Assembly (NCBI GenBank): GCA_945920215.1
Contig: CAMEJM010000009.1
Coordinates: forward strand, 332 to 64,331
DNA: 64,000 bases
Origin: an uncultured bacterium
Lineage (GTDB): Bacteria > Bacillota > Clostridia > Oscillospirales > CAG-272
Reading direction: 5' to 3'
Part shown: positions 17,059 to 27,043 of the stretch, in pieces
Position numbering within the stretch: the stretch's first letter is position 1
Layout of the letters: each line of letters begins with the position of its first letter
Program-made: the position numbers and the translations under genes
Notes under the pieces: model-generated
Databases searched by the model: none
The model's input: the letters and a program-made list of their open reading frames with translations, nothing else
What the model was told of the DNA's origin: nothing

Positions 17059-18570
17059 ATGGAACAGATCGACAGACAAATTGCGAAACTGGTGGGATAC
17101 GGCGTACATACGGGTTTAACGGATATTGCCGATGTGCGTTACACCGTCAATGCCATTCTGGAGCTGTTGCAGATGGACGCGCCCGCGGGCGGGGAGCCGA
17201 TTGCTTACGAGGACACGGGCGAGGAGGAGCTGGAGGGCGTGCTGAACGCCCTGACCGATTACGCTTGCGCGCACGGTCTGACCGGCGGAGACAGCGTTAC
17301 CTACCGGGATCTGTTCGACACCCGCCTGATGGCGGCGCTGATGCCGCGCCCCTCGGAGGTGCTGCGCCGCTTCGGTGAGGAATACCGCAAGGGACCGCAG
17401 AACGCCACCGACTACTATTACAAGCTGAGCTGCGACAGCAACTATATCCGCAGATACCGCATCAAGCGGGACCTGAAATGGAAAACGCAGACCCCGTACG
17501 GAGAAATTGACATCACGGTGAACCTGTCCAAGCCGGAAAAGGACCCCAAGGCGATCGCCGCCGCGAAGCTGCAGAAGCAGACCGGGTATCCGAAATGCCT
17601 GCTCTGCAAAGAGAACGAGGGCTACGCCGGCAGAGTCAATCACCCCGCGCGGCAGAACCACCGCATCATTCCCCTGACGCTTGCGGGCGACGAATGGTAT
17701 ATGCAGTACTCCCCTTATGTGTACTACAACGAACACTGCATCGTGTTCAGCGGCAGTCACTCTCCGATGGTGATCCACGAAAAGACTTTCCGGCTCCTCT
17801 TTGACTTTGTGAGGCAGTTCCCGCACTACATCATCGGCTCCAACGCCGACCTGCCGATCGTGGGTGGCTCCATTCTGACGCACGAGCATTTTCAGGGCGG
17901 CGGATATCGCTTCGCCCTCAACCGCGCGCCCCTGGAGCGCACCTTTACCCCCGCGGGCTACGGGGACGTGACCTGCGGCGTGGTGAAGTGGCCCATGTCG
18001 GTTATCCGTCTGACGGGGAAAGACCCGGAGCGCCTGACCGCTCTTGCTTCTCATATTCTCTCCGCTTGGCGCGCATACAGCGACCCCGACGCGTTTGTTT
18101 ACGCGGAGACGGACGGGGAAAAGCACAACACCATCACGCCCATTGCCTGCCGTGTGGGCGACGACTACGTACTGGATCTGGTACTGCGCAACAACATCAC
18201 CACCGAGGAGCATCCGCTGGGCGTATTCCACCCGCACGCCGAGCTGCACCACATCAAGAAAGAAAACATCGGTCTGATTGAAGTCATGGGGCTTGCGGTA
18301 CTGCCCGCGCGACTCAAAGACGAGATGGCGGCGCTCAGAAGCGCCATTCTGTCCGGGGCGGATTTCAGCGCCGACCCCGCTATCGGAAAGCACGCCGCAT
18401 GGGTGGCGGAATTCAAGCCGCGCTACGACAGAATCGATGAGAGCAACATCGACGGAATCTTGCAGGACGAGATCGGGCACGTGTTCGCCCGGGTGCTTGC
18501 CGACGCCGGCGTGTACAAGCGCACCCCCGAGGGGCAGGCGGCGTTCGACCGTTTCCTCGCCACGCTCTGA
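17059..18570 (+). CDS. galT: UDP-glucose--hexose-1-phosphate uridylyltransferase (type 2, Gram-positive GalT)
   Basis: 503 aa. Matching motifs: ...DYYYKLS..SNYIR...GYPKCLLCKENEGY.GR.NHPARQNHRIIP...YSPYVYYNEHCIV...THEHFQGG. Confidence 0.9.
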   Translation: MEQIDRQIAKLVGYGVHTGLTDIADVRYTVNAILELLQMDAPAGGEPIAYEDTGEEELEGVLNALTDYACAHGLTGGDSVTYRDLFDTRLMAALMPRPSEVLRRFGEEYRKGPQNATDYYYKLSCDSNYIRRYRIKRDLKWKTQTPYGEIDITVNLSKPEKDPKAIAAAKLQKQTGYPKCLLCKENEGYAGRVNHPARQNHRIIPLTLAGDEWYMQYSPYVYYNEHCIVFSGSHSPMVIHEKTFRLLFDFVRQFPHYIIGSNADLPIVGGSILTHEHFQGGGYRFALNRAPLERTFTPAGYGDVTCGVVKWPMSVIRLTGKDPERLTALASHILSAWRAYSDPDAFVYAETDGEKHNTITPIACRVGDDYVLDLVLRNNITTEEHPLGVFHPHAELHHIKKENIGLIEVMGLAVLPARLKDEMAALRSAILSGADFSADPAIGKHAAWVAEFKPRYDRIDESNIDGILQDEIGHVFARVLADAGVYKRTPEGQAAFDRFLATL

Positions 18571-18651
18571 AGCGGGGAGAAGCCGCAAATACAGGCGAAA
18601 CGCCGTGCCGCGGCGTTTCGCACCGCAGGTGCAATGCCTGCTTGCAGACAG

Positions 18652-18696
18652 AAAAAAGCGAGATGGAAACAGCTTCCGTTCTCGCTTTTTGTTTTT
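18652..18696. terminator. bidirectional rho-independent terminator
   Basis: AGCGAGA...TCTCGCT stem with an inner GGAA/TTCC extension. It is flanked by an A-run (18652-18657) and TTTTTGTTTTT (18686-18696). It lies between convergent galT and the thioredoxin gene. Confidence 0.75.
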
Positions 18697-18756
18697 GCAT
18701 CCAAAGAGTTTTTGTCCGCGTCGGATTTTTCACCGCGCGGACAAGCGGCGCTTCGG

Positions 18757-19086
18757 TCAGTTCCGTGTCGATGCGGCGGCTTCCGGGTTGACCAGCAGTT
18801 CATGCAGAACGTGGCGGGTCAGGGCGCCGGACGCGCGCGCGATCACCTTTCCCCGGCGGAGGATAAGGGTGGTGGGAATGGCGTTGACGCCGAAATGCGC
18901 CGCTACATCCGGTACGGCGTCCGTATCCACGGTGGCGAAGGTATAGTCGGGATACTTGTCCGACGAGTCGGCAAACAGGGGGGCGTAGGCGCGGCAATGG
19001 GGACAGCGCGCGGCGGTCAGGCACAGAACCAGCGTGCCCGGGGCGGACAGGACAGAGTCAAGGCTGTCAAGAGTGATGACGGACAT
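18757..19086 (-). CDS. thioredoxin-family protein
   Basis: 109 aa. CPHC active site, ...FATVDTD...A..FGV.AIPT..ILR.GK. Confidence 0.8.
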   Translation of the reverse strand: MSVITLDSLDSVLSAPGTLVLCLTAARCPHCRAYAPLFADSSDKYPDYTFATVDTDAVPDVAAHFGVNAIPTTLILRRGKVIARASGALTRHVLHELLVNPEAAASTRN

Positions 19087-19182
19087 GAGATCACCTCCTT
19101 TTCAGAGGTAGTGTACCCATATCCGCGGCAGTTATCACAGAGCGCGGCGAAAATACAGGAACACCGAGATGCGCCGCCGCGG

Positions 19183-20373
19183 TCAATCCGACGGCGCGTC
19201 AAACAGCACCGTGCAGTTGTCGGGCGCCAACAGGGCGTCCGATACCTTTTCAAAAAGCAGAAGATTACGCAGGTAGGCGGGGTCCCGGACGGCGGTGGCG
19301 TCCTCTGCGCAGACGCGTTCCGTGAGGGCGGCAAGCTCGGCTTCGGTATAGGAGAGCGCAAGTGTGCGATAGGCGGCGGCAACCGCCATGTTGGCAAGGG
19401 TCAGTTCCCGCGCTTCCTGCGCCAGACGGGCAAAGCCCTCCACCGGCGAGGAAAGACCGTAGGTGCGGGCAAGATAAGCGCCGAGGGTCTTGGGGACATC
19501 CGACGGGTTACCGTATGCGGTGACGATCCCGCTTTCGTAGGCGCGGAGGCTGTCATAGTAATTGTACAGCGCCGAAAAGTTATAGTTTAGATCCTCCTCC
19601 GGGTAGGCGGCGGGGGTAAAGACAGAAAGCAGATAGGAGAGCAGGGCGCTGTCAAGAGCGTGACAGTATTCCTCCTCTGCCGCCGCTTGCAGTTCTGTTT
19701 TGACCGTCTCCTCAAAGGCGGCGACGACCGTCTGCGGGTCGGAGCAGTCGGTTTGCCAGCCGAGCGTATGCAGAATATAGTCCGCATCCGGCTCCGACAG
19801 GACGGTCTCTACCCGCACGGAGACCGGCAAGACCTCCACCGACAGGGTTTTGCCTCGGAGGAGGGCAATGGGGTGATCTGCGGGGGCGGTGACGGAAAAC
19901 GTCAGAGAGGAGCCTGGAACAGCGGCAACGAGCCGTGCATTGAAGCCGGGAAGGGACAGAAAATCGGCTCCTCCGAGCGCTATTTCCGCCGCTTCGCCGT
20001 CCTCTGCGGTACAGGACACAAGCATTTCTTCTCCACAGGAGATAGAATAGTAAAAACACAGGGTATCTTCTGCCGCCGCGGCGCGGTCTGTGAGATAGGA
20101 GACTTTGGGATAGGCGGCGAGCAGACGCGCCATATAGTCATCGTAGGTTTGCGCGGTATAGCGGCAGGAGGCGGGGAGGGACAGGGTGATGTGCCGGAGG
20201 CATTCCGGCGGGATCGTCCCGCAGGCGGTCGTATCCGCGGAGAGGTAATCATACTGCACCGGGCAGGGGGACGCCTGTTCTTTGCCGCACCCCGAGAGAG
20301 CCGCGCAGGACAGCAGCAGAGCCAGCGCCGCACGCGCAAGGCGCGTGGCACATCCTTTTTCTTTTGTCTTCAT
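19183..20373 (-). CDS. lipoprotein (unknown function; possible chaperone/PPIase-associated fold)
   Basis: Signal peptide with a lipobox: MKTKEKGCATRLARAALALLLSCAALSGC. Confidence 0.6.
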   Translation of the reverse strand: MKTKEKGCATRLARAALALLLSCAALSGCGKEQASPCPVQYDYLSADTTACGTIPPECLRHITLSLPASCRYTAQTYDDYMARLLAAYPKVSYLTDRAAAAEDTLCFYYSISCGEEMLVSCTAEDGEAAEIALGGADFLSLPGFNARLVAAVPGSSLTFSVTAPADHPIALLRGKTLSVEVLPVSVRVETVLSEPDADYILHTLGWQTDCSDPQTVVAAFEETVKTELQAAAEEEYCHALDSALLSYLLSVFTPAAYPEEDLNYNFSALYNYYDSLRAYESGIVTAYGNPSDVPKTLGAYLARTYGLSSPVEGFARLAQEARELTLANMAVAAAYRTLALSYTEAELAALTERVCAEDATAVRDPAYLRNLLLFEKVSDALLAPDNCTVLFDAPSD

Positions 20374-20445
20374 ATCCGCCTCCCAAGAAAAACCGGTATC
20401 CGCCGCGGCGGATACCGGTACATATATATGAGGGCAAGGCGGCGT

Positions 20446-21483
20446 TCATGCGCGCGCTTCTATGATATAGGTGATAATGGTCAGAATCATTTCGCCGAAG
20501 CAGGTGATGAAGAACAGGATAAAACCGGGGTTGCACGCCACTGTGTTGAAACGGGTCCCCACAGGGAGGGGAGACGGCTCAATGTAGGTTTTCAACTTGC
20601 GGTAGTATTTGATGAAGACAATCAGACCGGCGATGGCGAACACGTAGGGAAGATAAGAGACAAGACTGATGGCGAGGAACGCCAAGGGGGAGCTTTGAGA
20701 AAGCTGTTGCAGCGTCTGCGCATCGGTCACAGAGACGCCGGGCGCGGCAAAATGCATAACAAGAGTGGGCAGAACCCCGCCGAAGAAGTTGATTACCGCG
20801 TGTATGGCGACGGTGACAAAGACGTTGCCGGTATTGAGGTAGATATACGCCAGCAGACAGCCGAGCAGGGCGGCGTAAAAGAACTGATCCAGGTTCCCGT
20901 GGAACAGCCCGAAGAAGATACCCGAGGTCAGAATGGCAGCCCACTGCCCCATGGGCGCGATACGGTCGACCAGGAGTTTGCGGAACAGCAGCTCCTCCAT
21001 GAGCGGGGCGACTATCAGGGAATACACGCAGGTAAGCCATAAGGTAGAGCTTTCCACTGCCTCCGTGATACCGCTGCCCTGCTCCGCGCCGACAAATCGG
21101 CTAACCATGTCGTTGACGGCGTTGCCGATAATGCTTCCGCCCACCATGAAAAAGAAGGCGATCAGCAAAAACAGGAGAAAGGTAAGCGGGGTGATGGGGC
21201 GCCGCGCGGGCGGCTGTGAGGGAACACGCCTTAGCAGCAGGTAGGCGAGCGGGGCGGCGACCAAATACAGCGCCACCATGGTCACGGTGAAATTCAGCCA
21301 CGGGGGATTCTGCTCCCAGCCGTTGTTTTTTGCCGCCAAGAGATACAAGAGTATCGCAATGTTGGAGGCGGCAATGAATACTGCCGACAGCACGAAAAAC
21401 GCCAGACCGACGCGGTTGGAACGGCGGCGCAACTCCTGCAGATCTGGCAGGGTGGGAGAGGGAGAGTAGAATCTGTCTTCCAT
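20446..21483 (-). CDS. CPBP-family intramembrane glutamic endopeptidase (CAAX protease/Abi)
   Basis: Motif 1 APLMEELLFRKLL, motif 2 FGLFH, motif 3 AIHAVINF. Multiple TM helices. Confidence 0.8.
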   Translation of the reverse strand: MEDRFYSPSPTLPDLQELRRRSNRVGLAFFVLSAVFIAASNIAILLYLLAAKNNGWEQNPPWLNFTVTMVALYLVAAPLAYLLLRRVPSQPPARRPITPLTFLLFLLIAFFFMVGGSIIGNAVNDMVSRFVGAEQGSGITEAVESSTLWLTCVYSLIVAPLMEELLFRKLLVDRIAPMGQWAAILTSGIFFGLFHGNLDQFFYAALLGCLLAYIYLNTGNVFVTVAIHAVINFFGGVLPTLVMHFAAPGVSVTDAQTLQQLSQSSPLAFLAISLVSYLPYVFAIAGLIVFIKYYRKLKTYIEPSPLPVGTRFNTVACNPGFILFFITCFGEMILTIITYIIEARA

Positions 21484-21642
21484 GATACTCCTTTTGACCG
21501 CAGCGCGGTCGGATTTGATACTATTATTCTAACATACGCGCCCTTAAAATGCAAGATGAGGGAGGTCCTCAAAAAGAATGAGCAAAGCCGCCCGCTTGGG
21601 GCGGGCGGCTTTCGGAAACATAGCGTCGAAGAACGCTCTTAG

Positions 21643-22287
21643 TTACCGGCATTCCTGCCGGGCGGCGACGGTGACAGACACCTCGCATATGACGGGAATC
21701 CGAGGAGAACACTCTCCATACGGGTCGCACGGCGGCATGGCGGGCATTTCCCGCAGTTCCACCGTATTGAGGTCGGCAAGACCGAGGGCTTTCAGCTTTT
21801 CCTCGGCGTTGGCGATCGCAAGGCGCAGCGCCTCCGCTCTGGCGGCGCTGTCGTCGCCAAGACGATAGCGGGTCCCGTACACTCCCGTCACGCCGCACGC
21901 CAGCAGCTCTTTTGCGCGCCCTTCCGCGTCCGCGGCGGAGGTTGTCAATTCCATCGTGCGCTGAAAATCGGCGCGCGCTTCCTCCGGGCAGGGGCAGCAC
22001 CATTGGTTGACGTTGCACTCCGTCAGGGCTTCTCCCGTGCGGAGCGTGTTTTTGACCGCGGTCAGAATAGCGGTGTTCGCCGCCTGCGCCGCTTCGGCGG
22101 TTTCCCCTTGCGTTTCAACGGAAAAAGTAATGACCGCGGCGTCTGCCTGCGCCGTTACGGCGGCGCGCCCGGTCACGGTAGCGCGGTGCAGGTCTGTCTG
22201 CATGGCGGATGCGCTCACGGTCAGCCCGGCAAGCACCGAGAGGGACAGGGTGAGTGCCGCAACAAAAAGTATCGGTTTGCGTTTCAT
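21643..22287 (-). CDS. SIMPL (DUF541) domain secreted protein
   Basis: Signal peptide MKRKPILFVAALTLSLSVLAG. SIMPL-like ...VTG.A.V...AD.AVITFSV.T.GETA..A...N. GGAGGA lies 7 nt upstream of the ATG at 22287. Confidence 0.55.
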   Translation of the reverse strand: MKRKPILFVAALTLSLSVLAGLTVSASAMQTDLHRATVTGRAAVTAQADAAVITFSVETQGETAEAAQAANTAILTAVKNTLRTGEALTECNVNQWCCPCPEEARADFQRTMELTTSAADAEGRAKELLACGVTGVYGTRYRLGDDSAARAEALRLAIANAEEKLKALGLADLNTVELREMPAMPPCDPYGECSPRIPVICEVSVTVAARQECR

Positions 22288-22496
22288 ATTCATTCCTCCT
22301 ATGCCCCATAGCGTGTACCGAATCCGAGAAAGCATACGCGGAAAGTTTGTCTGATCAATTGCCGTATAAAAATCATGGGAATCGTGCAATCCGCAAGTTC
22401 TTTTTCTCTATCGGAAAGAAATGCGTTTTCCGTATGGATACGGTATTGATTTCTTGCCGATAGCCATCCCGGCTGACGGATTTCACCATGATTTTC

Positions 22497-23417
22497 TCAG
22501 GCGTCGAGGAGCGTGACGACAAAGCCGGAGGAGCCGTCTCCGCTGACGGTATAGGGCAGGGTGGACGGCAGGGTGACGGAGGCGACGCCGTGGTCTGCCG
22601 GGACATAGAAAATCCGCCATGTGCGGGTACCGTTTGTGACCTGCAAGGGCGAGGACTGGGGGTGGGTGCGCAGCATGGCGAGGTACGCCTCCGGGGTGCA
22701 CGCGTTCTGCTCTATCGCGGCGGCGTGCGCCGCACCGACGTACAGAAGATGCGCGGGATTCTCACTCTGCGGGGCGATAAAGCCGAAACGCGCACGGTTG
22801 GAGAGGATCCAGCGGGCGGCGCTCGCACTGACGGGGTTGGTATCCGCATTTGCGGGGGAGATATCCTGCGCGGTACCTCCGTTTGTGACCCGCAGGGTAT
22901 AAGTCAGGGCGTATCCGGTATGAAGATCGGTTTTCCCCGCCATCGTCCCCGCCGCATCGTAGGTCCGGTATGCTTCGGTAATCACGGGGGTAGCGGCGAC
23001 GCCGGTCAGGGCGAGGGCAGAACACATATCCCGCAGCGCCATGACTGCCTCGGGCTGGGCTTGCAGAGTAGGCGACGCCGTCAGATACGGCTCCGCGCCG
23101 TCAGAGAAGGAACAAAGAGAGATCAGAGCCCCGGCGGTGGCGTCCACCTGCGCTTCGCTGCGCGGGCAGTTTGGGCTGCACAGGGCGAGGGGACCGCGCA
23201 CGGGATTTTCAAGCCAGCAGGCAATTCCCCGGTCGACGGGGGTTTCGGCAGTGATTTTCAGGCGGTCGGCTTCCGCGGTGCGTTCTCTCTTGTATTTCAG
23301 CAGGGCGTGAACGCCGGTCGCGAGCATAACGGCTGCTACAAGAAAAGCGACGGCGCACAGCATATTGAAGGTTTCGGGGGCAAGGCGTTTCTTCGGGGCG
23401 GGGGACGATTGCTTCAT
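22497..23417 (-). CDS. membrane-anchored VanY/M15B D,D-carboxypeptidase-like protein (possibly degenerate)
   Basis: N-terminal TM (MLCAVAFLVAAVMLATGV). Segments resemble M15B motifs: EAYRTYD (SxYRSY), LHTGYAL (SEHxTGxAxD, with the Asp not evident), NPAHLLYVG (EPWHxRYVG). The ORF-track start inside pnp is rejected in favour of MKQSSP at 23417. Confidence 0.45.
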   Translation of the reverse strand: MKQSSPAPKKRLAPETFNMLCAVAFLVAAVMLATGVHALLKYKRERTAEADRLKITAETPVDRGIACWLENPVRGPLALCSPNCPRSEAQVDATAGALISLCSFSDGAEPYLTASPTLQAQPEAVMALRDMCSALALTGVAATPVITEAYRTYDAAGTMAGKTDLHTGYALTYTLRVTNGGTAQDISPANADTNPVSASAARWILSNRARFGFIAPQSENPAHLLYVGAAHAAAIEQNACTPEAYLAMLRTHPQSSPLQVTNGTRTWRIFYVPADHGVASVTLPSTLPYTVSGDGSSGFVVTLLDA

Positions 23418-23474
23418 AGGACACCTCAAACTGACATGGAATCGGAAGTTCGGACGTTTTCTGACTGAAACAAA

Positions 23475-23506
23475 GCAAAAAGGCAGTGAAATGAATTCAC
23501 TGCCTT
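23475..23506 (-). terminator. rho-independent terminator of pnp
   Basis: Minus strand reads AAGGCAGTGAATTCATTTCACTGCCTTTTTG. 11-bp stem at 23480-23490/23496-23506. Confidence 0.85.
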
Positions 23507-23548
23507 GATTTGAAATATCCTGTTTTGTGCTGACGGGGCGGCGCCGGA

Positions 23549-25681
23549 TTATTCGGCGTCTTTCATGGAGAAGTCCTGTCTGCCCTTCTTGTCGATCCCC
23601 ATGTACTTGACACGGACGGTATCGCCGATCTTGCAGACGTCCTCGCAACGCTCGGTGCGCGCCTTTTGCAGCTTGGAGATGTGAACCAGCGTATCCTTGC
23701 CGGGTGCGTACTCGACAATCACGCCGACGTCCTTGGTTTCGTCGTCCTTGCTCTTTACGATACGGGTGACAACCCCCTCGTAGATCTCGCCCACGACAGG
23801 CTCGAACACGATTGCTTCGATGATCGTCTTGGCGGTGTCGATGGACTTCTGCTCCACCGCCGCGATGCAGACGGTGCCGTCGTCGCTGATGTCGATCTTG
23901 GCGCCGGTTTCGGCAACGATCTTCTGAATGACCTTGCCGCCGCTGCCGATGACCTCGCGGATCTTATCGGGGTCAATATGAATGGTGACCATCTTGGGCG
24001 CATACGGAGAGAGGGTCTTGCGGGGCTCCGGAATGGCTTTCAGCAGGAATTCATCGATGATATAATCTCTGCCGGCATGGGTGGTTTCGAGAGCCGCGCG
24101 GATGATCTCGGGGGTCAGACCGTCAATCTTCAGGTCCATCTGAATGGAGGTAATTCCCTTGTGGGTACCGGCGACCTTGAAGTCCATATCGCCGTAGAAG
24201 TCTTCAAGCCCCTGGATATCGATCATGGTTGTCCAGGAACCGTCGTCCTCGGTGATCAAGCCGCAGGAGATACCGGCAACGGGCGCCTTGATCGGAACGC
24301 CTGCATCCATGAGCGCAAGGGTGGAGCCGCAGACCGACGCCTGCGAGGTGGAACCGTTGGAGGACAGCACCTCGGAGACCACGCGGATGGCGTAGGGGAA
24401 TTCCTCCTCGGAGGGCAGCACGGGTATCAGGGAGCGCTCTGCGAGCGCGCCGTGACCAATCTCACGTCTGCCGGGGCTGCGGACAGCCTTGGCTTCACCC
24501 GTGGAGTAACCGGGCATATTGTACTGGTGCATATAGCGCTTGGAGGATTCGTCGTCCAAGCCGTCGAGCTTCTGCGCGTCGGACAGAGTGCCGAGGGTGG
24601 CAACCGAAAGCACCTGCGTCTGACCGCGGGTGAACATACCCGAACCGTGGGTACGGGGCAGCAGACCGACCTCTGCGGCGAGGGGACGGATTTCGTCCAT
24701 CCGTCTGCCGTCCACACGCTTCTTGTCGTTGATGAGCCAGCGGCGGACAATCTTCTTCTGAATCTTGTAGATCAGCTCGGGGAGCTGAACGGACAGGTTG
24801 GGGTACTTCTCGGAGAAGGTAGCAGCGATGTCCTCGATGATGGGCTGGAGACGCGCGTCGCGCACGTTCTTGTCGTCGGTGTCGAGCGCTTCCATGACGC
24901 GGGTTTCGCAATAAGCGAAAATCTCGTCGAACATATCGTGGTCAAGCTCGCCGGAGGGATAGGAGAACTTCGGCTTGCCGATTTCGGCGATGATGCCGTT
25001 GATGAATTCCAGCAGGCTGCGGATTTCCTTGTGCGCGAGCATAATGGCGTCGAACATCTCGTCGTCGGTGACTTCCTTTGCGCCGGCTTCGATCATGACC
25101 ACCTTTTTCATGGAGGCAGCCACGGTCAGCTCCAGCGTGGATTTCGCACGCTGTTCAGCGGTCGGGTTCACCACATATTCGCCGTCCACCATACCGATGA
25201 AGGCGCCGCCGATCGGTCCGTTCCACGGAATGTCGGAGATGGAGAGGGCGATGGACGCGCCGATCATCGCGGTGATCTCGGGCGAGCAATCGGGGTCAAC
25301 CGACATGACGTCGAGAGACAGGGCAACGTCGTTGCGCAGATCCTTCGGGAACAGGGGGCGCACCGGGCGGTCGATGACGCGGGAGGTCAGAATCGCCTTT
25401 TCGGAGGGCTTACCCTCACGCTTGAGGTAACCGCCGGGGATTTTGCCGACGGCGTACATTTTTTCATTGTAGTCCACGGACAGGGGCAGAAAGTCGATGC
25501 CCTCGCGCGGTGCGGCGGAAGCGGTCGCGGTGGCGAGAATACAGGTGTCGCCGTAATGGATCATGCAGGCGCCGTTTGCCAGCCCTGCCATTTTTCCGGT
25601 TTCGACCACCAGCGGGCGGCCGGCATAGGTATAATTGTATACCTTGTAGTTGTCAAATACTTTGTGCTGTGCTTCTGACAT
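23549..25681 (-). CDS. pnp: polyribonucleotide nucleotidyltransferase (PNPase)
   Basis: 710 aa with two RNase PH domains, KH and S1. Unmistakable motifs: ...GRP..VETGK.A..A.G...FLPL.V.Y.EK.YA.GKIPGG..KREGRPSE.... AGGAG RBS before MSEAQ at 25681. Confidence 0.95.
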   Translation of the reverse strand: MSEAQHKVFDNYKVYNYTYAGRPLVVETGKMAGLANGACMIHYGDTCILATATASAAPREGIDFLPLSVDYNEKMYAVGKIPGGYLKREGKPSEKAILTSRVIDRPVRPLFPKDLRNDVALSLDVMSVDPDCSPEITAMIGASIALSISDIPWNGPIGGAFIGMVDGEYVVNPTAEQRAKSTLELTVAASMKKVVMIEAGAKEVTDDEMFDAIMLAHKEIRSLLEFINGIIAEIGKPKFSYPSGELDHDMFDEIFAYCETRVMEALDTDDKNVRDARLQPIIEDIAATFSEKYPNLSVQLPELIYKIQKKIVRRWLINDKKRVDGRRMDEIRPLAAEVGLLPRTHGSGMFTRGQTQVLSVATLGTLSDAQKLDGLDDESSKRYMHQYNMPGYSTGEAKAVRSPGRREIGHGALAERSLIPVLPSEEEFPYAIRVVSEVLSSNGSTSQASVCGSTLALMDAGVPIKAPVAGISCGLITEDDGSWTTMIDIQGLEDFYGDMDFKVAGTHKGITSIQMDLKIDGLTPEIIRAALETTHAGRDYIIDEFLLKAIPEPRKTLSPYAPKMVTIHIDPDKIREVIGSGGKVIQKIVAETGAKIDISDDGTVCIAAVEQKSIDTAKTIIEAIVFEPVVGEIYEGVVTRIVKSKDDETKDVGVIVEYAPGKDTLVHISKLQKARTERCEDVCKIGDTVRVKYMGIDKKGRQDFSMKDAE

Positions 25682-25725
25682 GAGTAGCTCCTTTTCGGTA
25701 GATATATTTGTTCGGGCAGGAGCCA

Positions 25726-25766
25726 TAGCACTTAATCAAGCCGCGACCATGCTTGATTAACTGCTA
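25726..25766 (-). promoter_or_regulatory. long stem-loop in the pnp 5' leader
   Basis: 16-bp inverted repeat with one mismatch (TAGCACTTAATCAAGC / GCTTGATTAACTGCTA), located between the rpsO terminator and the pnp start. This is analogous in position to the autoregulatory pnp leader hairpin known in E. coli. Confidence 0.5.
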
Positions 25767-25796
25767 TAAATCTCCGTGCCGGGAACGCGGAATGGA

Positions 25797-25833
25797 GAGA
25801 AAACGGGGAACGCGAGTGATACCGCCTTCCCCG
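25797..25833 (-). terminator. rho-independent terminator/attenuator after rpsO
   Basis: Minus strand reads CGGGGAAGGCGGTATCACTCGCGTTCCCCGTTTTCTC. Confidence 0.75.
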
Positions 25834-25846
25834 TCCTGTGCGGGTC

Positions 25847-26110
25847 TTACTTACGCAGACCCAGTTTTTTGATGATTTCGCGATAGCGGTTGATATCCTT
25901 CTTCTGGAGATAACCGAGCAGGTTCTTTCTCTTACCGACCATCTTGGACAGACCTCTCTGAGAGTGGAAGTCCTTGGGGTTCTTCTTCATGTGTTCGGTC
26001 AGGGTGTTGATTCTGCTGGTCAGGATGGCAACCTGCACTTCGGGCGAACCGGTATCGTTCTTTTTGGTACGGTTGTCCGCAATGATCTGCTGCTTGAGTT
26101 CCTTATCCAT
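25847..26110 (-). CDS. rpsO: 30S ribosomal protein S15
   Basis: 87 aa. ...[18 protein letters not shown]...N.KD.HS.RGL..MVG.R..LL.YL. Confidence 0.95.
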   Translation of the reverse strand: MDKELKQQIIADNRTKKNDTGSPEVQVAILTSRINTLTEHMKKNPKDFHSQRGLSKMVGKRKNLLGYLQKKDINRYREIIKKLGLRK

Positions 26111-26346
26111 CTTGTTTCACCTTTCTGCGGCGGCGCCGCGGTTTATTTGCTCCCGCATCACAGCAAACGGCGGGTGATACGCGCGGTGTGCCGCGCCTTT
26201 ATCCGTAAACCGTGGTGGGGAAACCAAACGAGATTATAACATGGTTTTTCCGTTTTGTAAAGAGTTATTTCCGAAAACGGGAAAGTAATTTCGCATCATG
26301 CCCGTATCAGCCCTCGGCGTCAAGAGCGGCCGCAGTGGTACGGCGA

Positions 26347-27018
26347 TTATTTTTTCCCGCTGACGTAGGGCCACAGATGCACGAGATAATCCACGCCGGA
26401 GCCGACGGTGGTGACGGTGATCGCCGCCATGGCGAGGTAGGAGAAAAGATGCCCGTCCGCCACAAGGGAGAAGGAATCGGCGGGATTGACAAAGGGAAGT
26501 ATCAGAACCGGCTCCATGAGAATGACGACGAGGGAAATGATCTGCATGGTGGTTTTGACCTTGCCCCACCACGAGGCGGGGACGACCACGCCCCGGGAGG
26601 CAACCACGAGGCGCAGGGAGGTGACACCCAGCTCCCGCAGCATGACGATCGCGCATACCCACACGAACACGGGGCGGATCCCGACGTAAACCTCCGACGA
26701 GAGGACGGCTATCAGTATTCCGAACACCATGAATTTATCGGCGAGGGGGTCGATGAATTTACCGAAATCGGTGATCAGATTGTATTTGCGGGCGATCTTG
26801 CCGTCCAGCAGATCGGTCAGAGAGGTGATGATGAAAATGACCGCCGGAATCAGGCAGATCAGCCAGGTGCGCAGGGTATTGTCCGCGATGCCGCGGCACA
26901 GGGCGGGCATATACAGAATGGCGGCGATACAGACGGGGACCAGAACCATGCGGACAAGAGACAGGATGTTCGGTACGTTCATCAGACGGGGTGCTTGAGG
27001 CTGCTTGTTGTCGCTCAT
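26347..27018 (-). CDS. pgsA: CDP-diacylglycerol--glycerol-3-phosphate 3-phosphatidyltransferase
   Basis: CDP-alcohol phosphatidyltransferase motif DLLDGKIARKYNLITDFGKFIDPLADK. Start at MSDNKQ (27018) with GGAGGAAA RBS. Confidence 0.9.
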   Translation of the reverse strand: MSDNKQPQAPRLMNVPNILSLVRMVLVPVCIAAILYMPALCRGIADNTLRTWLICLIPAVIFIITSLTDLLDGKIARKYNLITDFGKFIDPLADKFMVFGILIAVLSSEVYVGIRPVFVWVCAIVMLRELGVTSLRLVVASRGVVVPASWWGKVKTTMQIISLVVILMEPVLILPFVNPADSFSLVADGHLFSYLAMAAITVTTVGSGVDYLVHLWPYVSGKK

Positions 27019-27043
27019 ATTTGCGTTTCCTCCGGGATTGAAT